IMG/VR virus record: IMGVR_UViG_3300023213_000432
Span: 160,001-224,000 of that record
Source of the DNA: a virus
Taxonomy: Duplodnaviria; Caudoviricetes
Reading direction: 5' to 3' (one strand)
Length of the DNA: 64,000 bases
Positions 27,774 through 37,058 of the stretch are shown piece by piece; position 1 is the first letter of the stretch; every line of letters begins with the position of its first letter. The notes below the pieces were generated by a model. It saw nothing but the letters and a program-made list of their open reading frames with translations, did not search any database and was not told the origin of the DNA. Made by a program: the position numbers and the translations under genes.

Positions 27774-29315
27774 ATGAAATTTTCTCGTGTAATTGGAAAA
27801 ATTGATCCCAAGCTGATAGAACAAGCTGAAAGAAAATTATCAGAAGTGTTTTTGGAATTAGGAACACGATATGACAATATGGTAGTAGGAAGCGGATTAG
27901 GAGGAGATCCATTTGTCTTCACCCTTCTCTATCCAGTGCAACACATAGCTACTCTTAATATTCCAACTGCCGCCACTGATGGTATTAGATATTATTGGAA
28001 TCCCAAGTTCGTTATTAAACGTTCTAAAATTGGTTTGCGAATTGTTTCGGCTCACGAAGCTTTTCATGCCAACTACATGCATCCCCAAAGACGAGGTTCT
28101 CGATTGCCCAAATTGTGGAATATCGCCATTGATTATATTGTTAATGGAATTATCATGGAAGATTTACAATTCCGTGAGCCGAAAACCAAATTAAATCCCG
28201 AGGACACTTTCATCAAGCATTTGGGAAGATTTATGACTTTGACCCAATATGCGGAATACATCAAGGATCCTTTTGCTAAGATCAAAGGGTTCGATGATTT
28301 GGTTCCTGCAGAGAACGAAAATGGAGTCGAATTACCAGCGCCCGGAGAGGATCGAGAATTAACGCCTCAAGAAACCCGAGAACTAGAAAGAAGAGAAAAA
28401 TCGGTCAAATTTTATTTCGCGGATCCCAACTTAAGCGAGGAGATGAAAAAACCAGAACGAATTTACGATCACCTTTATAATTTGTTGCCCAAGTGTCCCA
28501 AGTGTGGTCAAGTAGGTATTTATCCTAATCCCAACAAGAACAAAAATAAAGCCGATCATAAAGATCACGACCATAAAGATAATAAAAAATGTGATCATGA
28601 AGGGGGTATTGATATTTTTGGATTGGGCGGTTCCACCATGGATGAACACATGGATACCGAAGAAAGCGAGGAAAAGTTAGCTAAACGATTATCTGATGCT
28701 ATGGAAACTTCCAAAAAGATGGCTGGTAAAATTCCCGCAGCTTTGGAAGAAGAGTTGGGAAAATTAATTGCTCCCAAGATCGCTTGGAAAGATGTGATTC
28801 GTGGAAGGATATTAAAATCTAGGGCTGGTAATGAACGTAATGATTGGACGCGATTTCGAACTCGTCCCATGTTTTTTGGTTTATTGGTACCTAAAAGAAA
28901 AGGTTATGTAGCTAGATTTGGTTGTTTGTTAGATACAAGCGGATCGATGAGCAAGGATGATTTAGTTTTTGGGATATCTCAACTTCAAGGACTAGATGAA
29001 AGAAATGAAGGCATTATTGTTCCTGCTGATGCTCAGTGTTATTGGGATCGAGCCACCAAGATTAGAGCTTGTAATGCGGAAGAGTTGAGTAAAGTAAAGA
29101 TAGTAGGAAAAGGTGGTACAATGTTCGGAAACTTTTTCTCTGATTATGAAAAACAAATTGGGCGAGTAGATTTTCTAATTTGTATAACCGACGGATTTTT
29201 GATGGATACCGATATTGCGGCGATGGTGCAACCTAAAGTGCCAGTGTATTGGATTTTGACCAGTAATTCTACTTTCAAGGCGCCCTTTGGAAAAGTATTT
29301 CAGTTAAGGGATTGA
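27774..29315 (+). CDS. DUF2201-like metallopeptidase plus VWA domain protein (MoxR partner)
   Basis: PTAATDG, AHEAFH (HExxH), WNIAIDY, LLDTSGSMS MIDAS, GGT, ITDG. Confidence 0.88.
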   Translation: MKFSRVIGKIDPKLIEQAERKLSEVFLELGTRYDNMVVGSGLGGDPFVFTLLYPVQHIATLNIPTAATDGIRYYWNPKFVIKRSKIGLRIVSAHEAFHANYMHPQRRGSRLPKLWNIAIDYIVNGIIMEDLQFREPKTKLNPEDTFIKHLGRFMTLTQYAEYIKDPFAKIKGFDDLVPAENENGVELPAPGEDRELTPQETRELERREKSVKFYFADPNLSEEMKKPERIYDHLYNLLPKCPKCGQVGIYPNPNKNKNKADHKDHDHKDNKKCDHEGGIDIFGLGGSTMDEHMDTEESEEKLAKRLSDAMETSKKMAGKIPAALEEELGKLIAPKIAWKDVIRGRILKSRAGNERNDWTRFRTRPMFFGLLVPKRKGYVARFGCLLDTSGSMSKDDLVFGISQLQGLDERNEGIIVPADAQCYWDRATKIRACNAEELSKVKIVGKGGTMFGNFFSDYEKQIGRVDFLICITDGFLMDTDIAAMVQPKVPVYWILTSNSTFKAPFGKVFQLRD

Positions 29316-29316
29316 T

Positions 29317-29505
29317 ATGTTGCAGGGAATAATAAATGCTATCGCGAGTTTTGAAAGAGAAACTGGAACTAAGCCAGCTGGATTAGTTTTGACTAAACAT
29401 CAATTTGATTGTTTACTGTCTGAACTGGTCTCAAAATGTGTTAAGTTTGAGAGCGGAAGCGATCCATATTGCGGTATTGTTTTGTATGGAACAAGGATCG
29501 AGTAG
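29317..29505 (+). CDS. hypothetical protein
   Basis: 62-aa ORF immediately after the VWA gene. Confidence 0.45.
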   Translation: MLQGIINAIASFERETGTKPAGLVLTKHQFDCLLSELVSKCVKFESGSDPYCGIVLYGTRIE

Positions 29506-29591
29506 ATTAACGAAAATACTAATGAACTTTGAGAAAGAAAAAATAATTTATCAATTGTGTTCCAAATATACCAATAATATATCATTTTAAT

Positions 29592-30506
29592 ATGGTTAAG
29601 TTTTCCAATGAATTTTTGCTTCCTCATGTCCTAACAAATATTCAACATCAAGTTTTAGTAGGATCACTATTGGGTGATGGATCATTAGAATTGCCTGGCA
29701 AATTTCCACGAATGAAGATTGGTCGTCAAATCAAAGATCATTTGTATTTGGAATGGGAATATAGTCTTTTTCAAGATTTATGCAAGAGTGGCATCAAAAC
29801 AATATGTCGATATGATAGCAGATACAATAAAGCATATAAGCATGTATATTTTCAGACACGAGCGGTGCCGGCATTTTTGAATTATTATCACCAATGGTAT
29901 CCTAATGGAAAAAAGACAGTCCCCAAAGATTTGAAATTAACGTCCCTTATATTGGCAGTATGGTTTGCCGACGATGGCTGTATTATTCGCAAAAATAATC
30001 ATTTAACACTCAAAATAGCGACAGACGGATTTGGATTTGAAGGCGCCAATAGATTATCCCAAAAATTAGAGCAAAGATATAGTTGCAAATTTCCAATCTA
30101 TCAAAAACAAAAAAATAAAGATTTGTGGTTTATAAAAACATCAACGCGTGCCGCCCAACCATTTATTAAAGATATCGCTCCACATATTGAGCAGATGGGC
30201 ATGAGCAGGAAATCTGACTTATGGAAGAGTTTTGATCTCAACACAATTCCTATCGCTGGCAGAATGCCTAATAAGGAAGCAGAAAAACAATTATACAAAG
30301 CAATTTTAAAACTACAGGATTTTTCAGTCAATAAATTAGTTAGTTTAGCAGACCAATATGATATTAATACATTACGCTCATATTTAAATGATTTTATTAA
30401 AGACGGCTATTTAATTAGATATGAAGGTTCAGAAAAATGGAATTTATATCATTACAAAATGACTAATACGGGAAAAAATTTTTTCCGAGAGGTAGCTAGA
30501 AAATGA
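29592..30506 (+). CDS. LAGLIDADG homing endonuclease (free-standing)
   Basis: GSLLGDGSL and LAVWFADDG; homologous to 23361..24371. Confidence 0.9.
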   Translation: MVKFSNEFLLPHVLTNIQHQVLVGSLLGDGSLELPGKFPRMKIGRQIKDHLYLEWEYSLFQDLCKSGIKTICRYDSRYNKAYKHVYFQTRAVPAFLNYYHQWYPNGKKTVPKDLKLTSLILAVWFADDGCIIRKNNHLTLKIATDGFGFEGANRLSQKLEQRYSCKFPIYQKQKNKDLWFIKTSTRAAQPFIKDIAPHIEQMGMSRKSDLWKSFDLNTIPIAGRMPNKEAEKQLYKAILKLQDFSVNKLVSLADQYDINTLRSYLNDFIKDGYLIRYEGSEKWNLYHYKMTNTGKNFFREVARK

Positions 30507-30583
30507 GTTTGATAGGATTAGTGGCGCTATCGATAGTGTTAGTGGTTGGACTATATGGAAATATGTTAAAGGATAAAGAATAA

Positions 30584-30922
30584 ATGTTTCGATCTTACGA
30601 TTATAAATATCTTGGATTTAACAATAAAACAGATCAATGGCGATATGAAATTACTATCATGGATGACAACTTTACTGAAACTGCTGTTGCCGCCGCCGTC
30701 GCGGACGTTGGCGACAATGACGCTACGCGCATCGCCGCTGTCCTTATCGATATTTATTCTCGAAGAAATCTCAATGTGGCCGGTAATCTAGTTCTGCTGA
30801 TGCAATATATAGAAAATAAATGGTCACGTGATATTAAAAGGCAAATTGAATTGTATCAGGAACATATTATAGAATATCAGAAATATCATGATCAGGTAAT
30901 GGGTTACTTGGTATTTATATGA
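30584..30922 (+). CDS. dispersed repeat-family protein, copy 5
   Basis: Conserved family motifs; variable core at 30674-30742. Confidence 0.85.
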   Translation: MFRSYDYKYLGFNNKTDQWRYEITIMDDNFTETAVAAAVADVGDNDATRIAAVLIDIYSRRNLNVAGNLVLLMQYIENKWSRDIKRQIELYQEHIIEYQKYHDQVMGYLVFI

Positions 30923-30929
30923 GGACAAA

Positions 30930-31253
30930 ATGATTATCATTACGGAAAAAGCAGTCGCCAAATTAAAAGAATTTTCTAAAAGTGAAGGAATTGGGCACTT
31001 GTGTGTCCGATTGAAGGTAGTATCTGGCGGCTGTGCCGGACTGAGTAGAGATATGTTCTTCGAAGATTTCGTTGATGAGACGGATGAAGTAATGGAGATA
31101 GATGGTATCAAAATCATCGTTGATCCCATTTCTTATCAGTTTTTAGAAAATACTTCTATCGATTATCAAGAAACTCAGTTTCAAAGTGGGTTTAGGTTTT
31201 CTGCCCCTGAAACCAAGATGAGTTGTGGGTGCGGAAAGAGTTTTTCGGTGTAA
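30930..31253 (+). CDS. iscA: IscA/HesB A-type Fe-S carrier protein
   Basis: RLKVVSGGCAG, IDYQET...GF, CGCGKSF. Confidence 0.9.
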   Translation: MIIITEKAVAKLKEFSKSEGIGHLCVRLKVVSGGCAGLSRDMFFEDFVDETDEVMEIDGIKIIVDPISYQFLENTSIDYQETQFQSGFRFSAPETKMSCGCGKSFSV

Positions 31254-31259
31254 TTTTAT

Positions 31260-32573
31260 CCTGATAATATCAGAAAATTCTCGTCTTAAGTAACATATGA
31301 ATGCGTCTTTTAGAAAAGACATAGAAAAATAATCTCATTACAAAAACTTTACATAACGCAAGATATAATTATACGTGATGCAAAAAGCCTTCAAATTCCG
31401 TTTCTATCCAACCGAAGCTCAGAAAGACTTCCTCTCTCAACAATTCGGAGCGGTTCGTTTCATCTATAATTTCTTCCTTGCTCATCGAAAAGACGAATAT
31501 CTCAATAATAAGAAAAGTTTAACTTATTACGATGATGCTAAGGGTTTAACCGAACTCAAATCCAAAAATGGCTATGAATGGCTTTACGATATTAACAGTC
31601 AAACGTTGCAAGCATCTCTTCGTAATTTAGAAGTAGCTTATACTAGCTTTTTCAAAAAGCGAACCAAATTCCCTCGCTTTCATTCTAAAAAGAATAGACA
31701 ATCCATTAAAATACCGCAAAACTTCAAGATCGAAAACAACCGGCTCTTTATTCCCAAACTCAAGGATGGAATCAAAATTAACCAACATCAACCACTCGCT
31801 GGTAAAATAACTTGCTGTTTTATCTCTAAAACACCATCCGATAAATATTATGTTTCTATCTTATGCGAGACGGATACCGTTCAGTTAAAAAAGAACGATA
31901 ACGTCATCGGTATTGATTTGGGTAGCAAATATCTAGTAGTTTCTTCCGATAAAAACAAGATAGACAATCCCAAGTTCTATCGTAAATTAGAAAAGAAACT
32001 CATTTTTGAACAACGACAACTCTCCCATAAACAAAAAGGTTCTAACAATAAAAACAAACAAAGAAAGGTAGTCGCAAAAATACACGAACGAATAGCCAAC
32101 AGCAGAAATGATTTTCTTCATAAACTGACAAAACAACTAATTGACGAAAACCAAGTCATTATAGCAGAAACTCTGTCAGTTAAAAACATGATGAAAAATC
32201 ACTGCTTGGCGAAGTCAATCTCGGATGCTAGCTGGGGAGAACTGGTAAGACAGTTAGAATATAAATCTAAATGGTATGGAAGAACTTTCCATCAAATAGA
32301 TAAATTCTTCCCATCCAGTAAAACCTGTCATAATTGTCAGTTTGTATTAAATGATCTGCCATTATCGATCAGAGAATGGGATTGTCCAAGTTGCAAACAG
32401 CATCATGATCGAGATATAAATGCTTCTCTTAATATAAGAGATAAGGGCATGATAGATTTAAACTTGTCTGGTTGTGGGATACAATCGGACATTAAACAAA
32501 AACGCGGTGAGGCGCCAATGTTAATTGGGTCAATGAAACGCGAAGCTTTTGCCTTAAGGCAAGAGTAATTCAC
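31260..32573 (+). mobile_element. IS605-family TnpB-only element
   Basis: Preceded by TTTAT (31255-31259); left-end hairpin region; right end ...gcaagagtaaTTCAC; near-identical to the element at 40545. Confidence 0.85.
31375..32568 (+). CDS. tnpB: TnpB RNA-guided endonuclease (intact RuvC)
   Basis: HTH_OrfB start KAFKFRFYPT, GIDLG, IAETL, FFPSSKTC, CxxC, HDRDINA. Confidence 0.95.
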   Translation: MMQKAFKFRFYPTEAQKDFLSQQFGAVRFIYNFFLAHRKDEYLNNKKSLTYYDDAKGLTELKSKNGYEWLYDINSQTLQASLRNLEVAYTSFFKKRTKFPRFHSKKNRQSIKIPQNFKIENNRLFIPKLKDGIKINQHQPLAGKITCCFISKTPSDKYYVSILCETDTVQLKKNDNVIGIDLGSKYLVVSSDKNKIDNPKFYRKLEKKLIFEQRQLSHKQKGSNNKNKQRKVVAKIHERIANSRNDFLHKLTKQLIDENQVIIAETLSVKNMMKNHCLAKSISDASWGELVRQLEYKSKWYGRTFHQIDKFFPSSKTCHNCQFVLNDLPLSIREWDCPSCKQHHDRDINASLNIRDKGMIDLNLSGCGIQSDIKQKRGEAPMLIGSMKREAFALRQE

Positions 32574-32722
32574 CAGCATATTCGATTACTTTTTTTTTCG
32601 TATAACCATTGGCAATTTTTGATTTCCACTTCCTATCAAACCAGATGTAGCTTTTTTGGACAAACTCTGTATAGAATTAGTAAAGCGTTCCTTATTCGCT
32701 TAAATTTTTGGCATTCCATTAA

Positions 32723-33055
32723 ATGACTAATATCCAATTAACACCAGCCGCTCTTGACCAAATCAAAAAACAAATTGCTCTTCGTGGAACGCCTGACGTT
32801 TATCTGCGATTAGGAATTAAGGGTGGTGATTGTGCTGGGTTTTCCTATGTCCTTTCATACGAGGACAAAGAGCCTAAAGAGCGAGATATTTCTTTCCAGA
32901 TTGATGGCATCAAAGTAATCATTGACAAGAAAAGCATTCTTTATTTAGAAGGCGTCACACTTGACTGGAAATCATCTTTAATGGAACAAGGTTTCTTTTT
33001 TATCAATCCACATGAAAAAAGCCGCTGTTCCTGCGGTAAATCATTTTCTGTTTAG
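32723..33055 (+). CDS. iscA: IscA/HesB A-type Fe-S carrier protein, second paralog
   Basis: LRLGIKGGDCAG, LEGVTLDW, CSCGKSF. Confidence 0.9.
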   Translation: MTNIQLTPAALDQIKKQIALRGTPDVYLRLGIKGGDCAGFSYVLSYEDKEPKERDISFQIDGIKVIIDKKSILYLEGVTLDWKSSLMEQGFFFINPHEKSRCSCGKSFSV

Positions 33056-33091
33056 CATGTTATATATCTCCATGATCCTTCAAAGGAAATC

Positions 33092-34195
33092 ATGGGGAAC
33101 GCCCTCAATCTACAAGAAATAAATCAAGAAGAAGCGCTTAATCTTACAAAGTTCTACATACAATCCAATCAAAATTGTTTCTTTTTTGGACGTCGTGGAA
33201 CAGGAAAGACTGAAATTAGTATTCAAGCCGCCAAAGAATGCGGGTATCGAGTAAATTATATTAATCTATCAGTTTTAGAGCGCAGCGATCTCTTAGGAAT
33301 GCCGTCGTTATTTGACAAAAGCGAAGTGGTTAATTACAAGTCTCCTGTTTTTTTACCTTCGTTAAGTAAAGATGAAAAACCGAACACTGTGCTTGTGTTT
33401 GATGAAATTGACAAGTGCTATCATGATCTTACCGCCCCTTTGTTAGAGGTGTTGCAGTTTCGACGAATAAATGATCGCCCGCTTAATGTGGTCTCTTGTA
33501 TTCTTACTGGCAATCTCCCTAATGAGGAAACATTAAGTTCTCAAATATCCACAGCTGTTTTGGATCGAGGTGCTAAATATATTCTCTCTTTCAATTTAGA
33601 AAAGTGGTTAGAATGGGCTAAAGCTCACAATGTGCATGATCTTATCTTGGGATTTTTGAGTAAGCATCCTGATTTGGCTTGTGGTGAGCCAGATGATGTT
33701 AATTATGCTTCTCCATCTCCTCGTGGCTGGACGTTGGCCTCTCATGCTATCATCAAAGCTAGGATATTGAAGATCGTAGATATTAAGACTATCACTCAAA
33801 TAATTGCTGGTTTTGTTGGTCATAATGCGGCGGCATTGTTCGAAATTTGGTATTCTTGTTTTAGAAAATTTGACCCTTATGTGGTAAATTTGATTGAAGC
33901 AGGTAAGATGACTTTGGACTTTTCTCTTTTGGAACCTACAGAGAAAATTGTTTTTGTTATTGCAGTTTGCCTTCATACTAAACTAAAAACGTTGGAAGCT
34001 AAAACTAAAAATAAATTTCTTTTTTTAGAAAACTTATGTAAGTTTTATGCAGGATACCCCATTGATCCTGAAACTAAGTTAATGGGATTGAATAATGCTT
34101 TTACTTTCGAGATGATTGCGGCTCAGAAATGGTATGCTTGCAAGCCGTTTTTTGAATTGTTTAGTCAGATTGTTCAAGGAACAACTATAAAATGA
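33092..34195 (+). CDS. MoxR-like AAA+ ATPase, second paralog
   Basis: GRRGTGKT, VFDEIDK, LTGN, VLDR, PSPRGW. Confidence 0.85.
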   Translation: MGNALNLQEINQEEALNLTKFYIQSNQNCFFFGRRGTGKTEISIQAAKECGYRVNYINLSVLERSDLLGMPSLFDKSEVVNYKSPVFLPSLSKDEKPNTVLVFDEIDKCYHDLTAPLLEVLQFRRINDRPLNVVSCILTGNLPNEETLSSQISTAVLDRGAKYILSFNLEKWLEWAKAHNVHDLILGFLSKHPDLACGEPDDVNYASPSPRGWTLASHAIIKARILKIVDIKTITQIIAGFVGHNAAALFEIWYSCFRKFDPYVVNLIEAGKMTLDFSLLEPTEKIVFVIAVCLHTKLKTLEAKTKNKFLFLENLCKFYAGYPIDPETKLMGLNNAFTFEMIAAQKWYACKPFFELFSQIVQGTTIK

Positions 34196-34245
34196 GAACT
34201 TGACAACTAATTTTTTGGAATTACACTATTGGGAATGAGGTAAAA

Positions 34246-34569
34246 ATGAGCGAGTTGAAGATGATTGATGATGAGAATTTTGATAGCGAAGTATTAAAAT
34301 CGGAAGTGCCAGTATTGATAGATTTTGGGGCAACATGGTGCCCTCCTTGTAAAGCGCAACTTCCTATTCTAGAAGAGTTCGCCGCTTCTCATCAAGAAGA
34401 AATTAAGGTAGTCAAGATTGATATCGATGATAGTCCCCGTTCAACATCGAGGTTTGGCATTCGTTCCATTCCTGCATTGATGTTGTTCAATAAAGGACAC
34501 CGAATAGATACCAAGGTGGGGCTGACATCATTGGCCGGATTGACTGAGATGTTAAAAAAAGTTGGTTGA
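34246..34569 (+). CDS. trxA: thioredoxin
   Basis: DFGATWCPPCK, FGIRSIPAL. Confidence 0.92.
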   Translation: MSELKMIDDENFDSEVLKSEVPVLIDFGATWCPPCKAQLPILEEFAASHQEEIKVVKIDIDDSPRSTSRFGIRSIPALMLFNKGHRIDTKVGLTSLAGLTEMLKKVG

Positions 34570-35500
34570 TTTGAAAATGTTGAAAGTTATTATGCTAGTG
34601 GGTGCTCCTGCATCTGGAAAATCCACATGGGCTAAGCAGGAAATTGCCAAAGATCCGCTCAATTGGTGTCGGATTTCTAATGATGATTTACGAAATATGT
34701 GTAACGGATATGTTTTTTCTGCCGGATATGAGAAGTTTATCACCGATATCCGCAATCATCTTTTACGAGAAGCGCTGCACCGAAATATGAATGTTATTTT
34801 GGACAATGTCAATTCCAACAATAAACACTGGGAAACGACTTGTAAAATCGCGGTGGAGTCCCATAAGAACGTACAGGTGTTTGAAAAACATTTCTTTGAG
34901 GAACTAGATGTGTTGTTGGAGCGCAATGCTAAACGAGAAGGATCAGCTCGAGTTCCCGATGAAGCAGTAAAACGATTTTTCAAGGAATTGGGCGGAACAC
35001 AATTTAAGTTTTCCAATTCAAAAAATGAAACTTTTTTCAAACGGAACCAAGAAGTTGTAGATGCTCCTGTTTGGAATGATTCTCTTTCCACAGCTATAAT
35101 TTCAGATTTGGACGGAACACTTGCACTAATACACAATCGTAACCCATATGATGCTTCTGATTGTGACATTAAAGATTTACCGAATACGCCAGTAGTAAAA
35201 TCTGTTCAGCTTTATCATGACGCTGGATACAAAATAGTATTCTGTTCAGGACGTGAGGATAAATTTGAGCCTGAAACTCGACGTTTCATAGATAAACATT
35301 TGCCTAATATTACATATGAGCTTCATATGCGTAAGACGGGTGATTTCAGAAAAGATGCTATTATCAAAGAAGAAATTTATCGCAATAATATTGAAGGAAA
35401 ATATAATGTGATATTAATTTTGGATGATCGCGGACAAGTGGTTTCCTTATGGAGGTCACTAGGATTAACTTGTTTTCAGGTTGCTCCTGGAGAATTTTGA
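34562..35500 (+). CDS. polynucleotide 5'-kinase/3'-phosphatase (T4 PseT/Pnkp-like)
   Basis: GAPASGKST kinase P-loop, then HAD phosphatase motifs DLDGT, SGR, K and LDDR. Confidence 0.9.
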   Translation: MVDLKMLKVIMLVGAPASGKSTWAKQEIAKDPLNWCRISNDDLRNMCNGYVFSAGYEKFITDIRNHLLREALHRNMNVILDNVNSNNKHWETTCKIAVESHKNVQVFEKHFFEELDVLLERNAKREGSARVPDEAVKRFFKELGGTQFKFSNSKNETFFKRNQEVVDAPVWNDSLSTAIISDLDGTLALIHNRNPYDASDCDIKDLPNTPVVKSVQLYHDAGYKIVFCSGREDKFEPETRRFIDKHLPNITYELHMRKTGDFRKDAIIKEEIYRNNIEGKYNVILILDDRGQVVSLWRSLGLTCFQVAPGEF

Positions 35501-35534
35501 TCAAAAAATTTAGAAACTTTCTGGAATCATAGTA

Positions 35535-36269
35535 ATGAACCAAATCTTTAATCAAGACTGTCTCGATATGAACGTTAGCGATCTATCTTTGGTGTATTTG
35601 GATCCGCCTTATGCCTCTGTTAGCGAAGATCGTTATTATGGCATTGGAAAAGATATCAACGAATATCTTGATTACATGGAAGCAAGGCTCACCAAAATTT
35701 TCTCTTTTATGGACAAGAAAGCCTCCAATATTCTTCTTCATGCTGATTTTAAGTGTGTTCATTATCTTAAAGTTAGGGCAGATGCTATTTTTGGTAGGAA
35801 CAATTTCCAGAACGAGATTATCTGGTGTTATACTAATCCAAGCAGTGTCAAAGCTCATCTTCCAAGAAAGCACGATAATATTTTGTGGTATGGTATCGGA
35901 GACTATGCTTTCAATCAAGAGTTTGTTCCATATACCGGTAATTTGCGAGTAGGTGGGAAAACTTCTTGGAATTCAGATGTCAAACTAGAAAATTACCTAG
36001 ATAAGGGGAAAAAACTAGAAGATTATTGGACGGATATCCCGGCGTTATGTCGTAATGAAAGCGAGAAGCTTGGATATCCCACGCAAAAACCAATCAAGTT
36101 AATGGAACGAATTATTAAAATGTTTTCTAATAAGGGAGATTTAGTGTGCGATCCTTTCTGCGGGAGTGGAAGTTTTTTGGAAGCAGCTAGACTATTGGAA
36201 CGAAATTTTGTGGGTTATGATATTTCTTTGCAGGCATGTGAGATAGTCAAAAAAAGATTGGGTATATGA
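35535..36269 (+). CDS. DNA methyltransferase (N4/N6, beta class)
   Basis: YLDPPY, YPTQKP, DPFCGSGS. Confidence 0.92.
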   Translation: MNQIFNQDCLDMNVSDLSLVYLDPPYASVSEDRYYGIGKDINEYLDYMEARLTKIFSFMDKKASNILLHADFKCVHYLKVRADAIFGRNNFQNEIIWCYTNPSSVKAHLPRKHDNILWYGIGDYAFNQEFVPYTGNLRVGGKTSWNSDVKLENYLDKGKKLEDYWTDIPALCRNESEKLGYPTQKPIKLMERIIKMFSNKGDLVCDPFCGSGSFLEAARLLERNFVGYDISLQACEIVKKRLGI

Positions 36270-36508
36270 TTTTTGCGATCGGTATTTTGTTAGCTTTATT
36301 AATTATTTACTTTCTGTTTATTAGAGGAATATTGTGGAAAGGAATTGTTGGAGCTTTTGCTTTTTATGGAATGCGATTATTTTTGCTGACTTATTTTCCT
36401 AGCAGCCACAATATTTGTATGATAACGGTGGGACATAATTTCATGTGGGCCGAGATTGTTCCGTTGGTGGTATTGTTAATGGCTGCTATATGTTCGAGAG
36501 ATAAGTAA
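36266..36508 (+). CDS. hypothetical membrane protein
   Basis: Three hydrophobic segments. Confidence 0.6.
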   Translation: MIFAIGILLALLIIYFLFIRGILWKGIVGAFAFYGMRLFLLTYFPSSHNICMITVGHNFMWAEIVPLVVLLMAAICSRDK

Positions 36509-36826
36509 ATGTTTAAATCTTTTAACTTTAAATATTTAGATCATGATTCAAAGAAAGCTAAGTATCGATACGAAATCATTATTGTGGATGATGATTTTAC
36601 CGAAGTCGCCGACGCGCTCGTTTGTGGTCGTCCCACTGCCGACGCCGCCGCCGCATTAATCACTATTTATTCTCGAAGAAATCTCAACGTAGCTGGTAAT
36701 TTAGCGTTGTTTATGCAATTTACAGAACATGAATGGTCATGGCGAAGTATTGAATGGCATCAAAAAGAAATTCCAGAATACCCAAAATACCACGATCAAG
36801 TAATAGGCTATCTAGCATTTATGTAA
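36509..36826 (+). CDS. dispersed repeat-family protein, copy 6
   Basis: Conserved family motifs; variable core at 36599-36655. Confidence 0.85.
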   Translation: MFKSFNFKYLDHDSKKAKYRYEIIIVDDDFTEVADALVCGRPTADAAAALITIYSRRNLNVAGNLALFMQFTEHEWSWRSIEWHQKEIPEYPKYHDQVIGYLAFM

Positions 36827-36830
36827 AAAT

Positions 36831-37034
36831 ATGAAATATAATCAATTAATGAATGAAAGCGGATTTTTAACTCCACAAGGTAAGAAATGGATAGATGATA
36901 AGATTTTGCCCAGCATCATCGAGATTCTTGATGACATGGAGACAGAAAATCAAATGCGAATTGTAGGTGGCGCTTTGTCCAAACAAATTGGGGATCTAAT
37001 TGCAAATAAGTTGGTGGAACGAAAATTTACGTAA
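36831..37034 (+). CDS. hypothetical protein
   Basis: 67-aa collinear ORF. Confidence 0.55.
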   Translation: MKYNQLMNESGFLTPQGKKWIDDKILPSIIEILDDMETENQMRIVGGALSKQIGDLIANKLVERKFT

Positions 37035-37058
37035 AATTAAAACAATCTAAAGTGCCCG

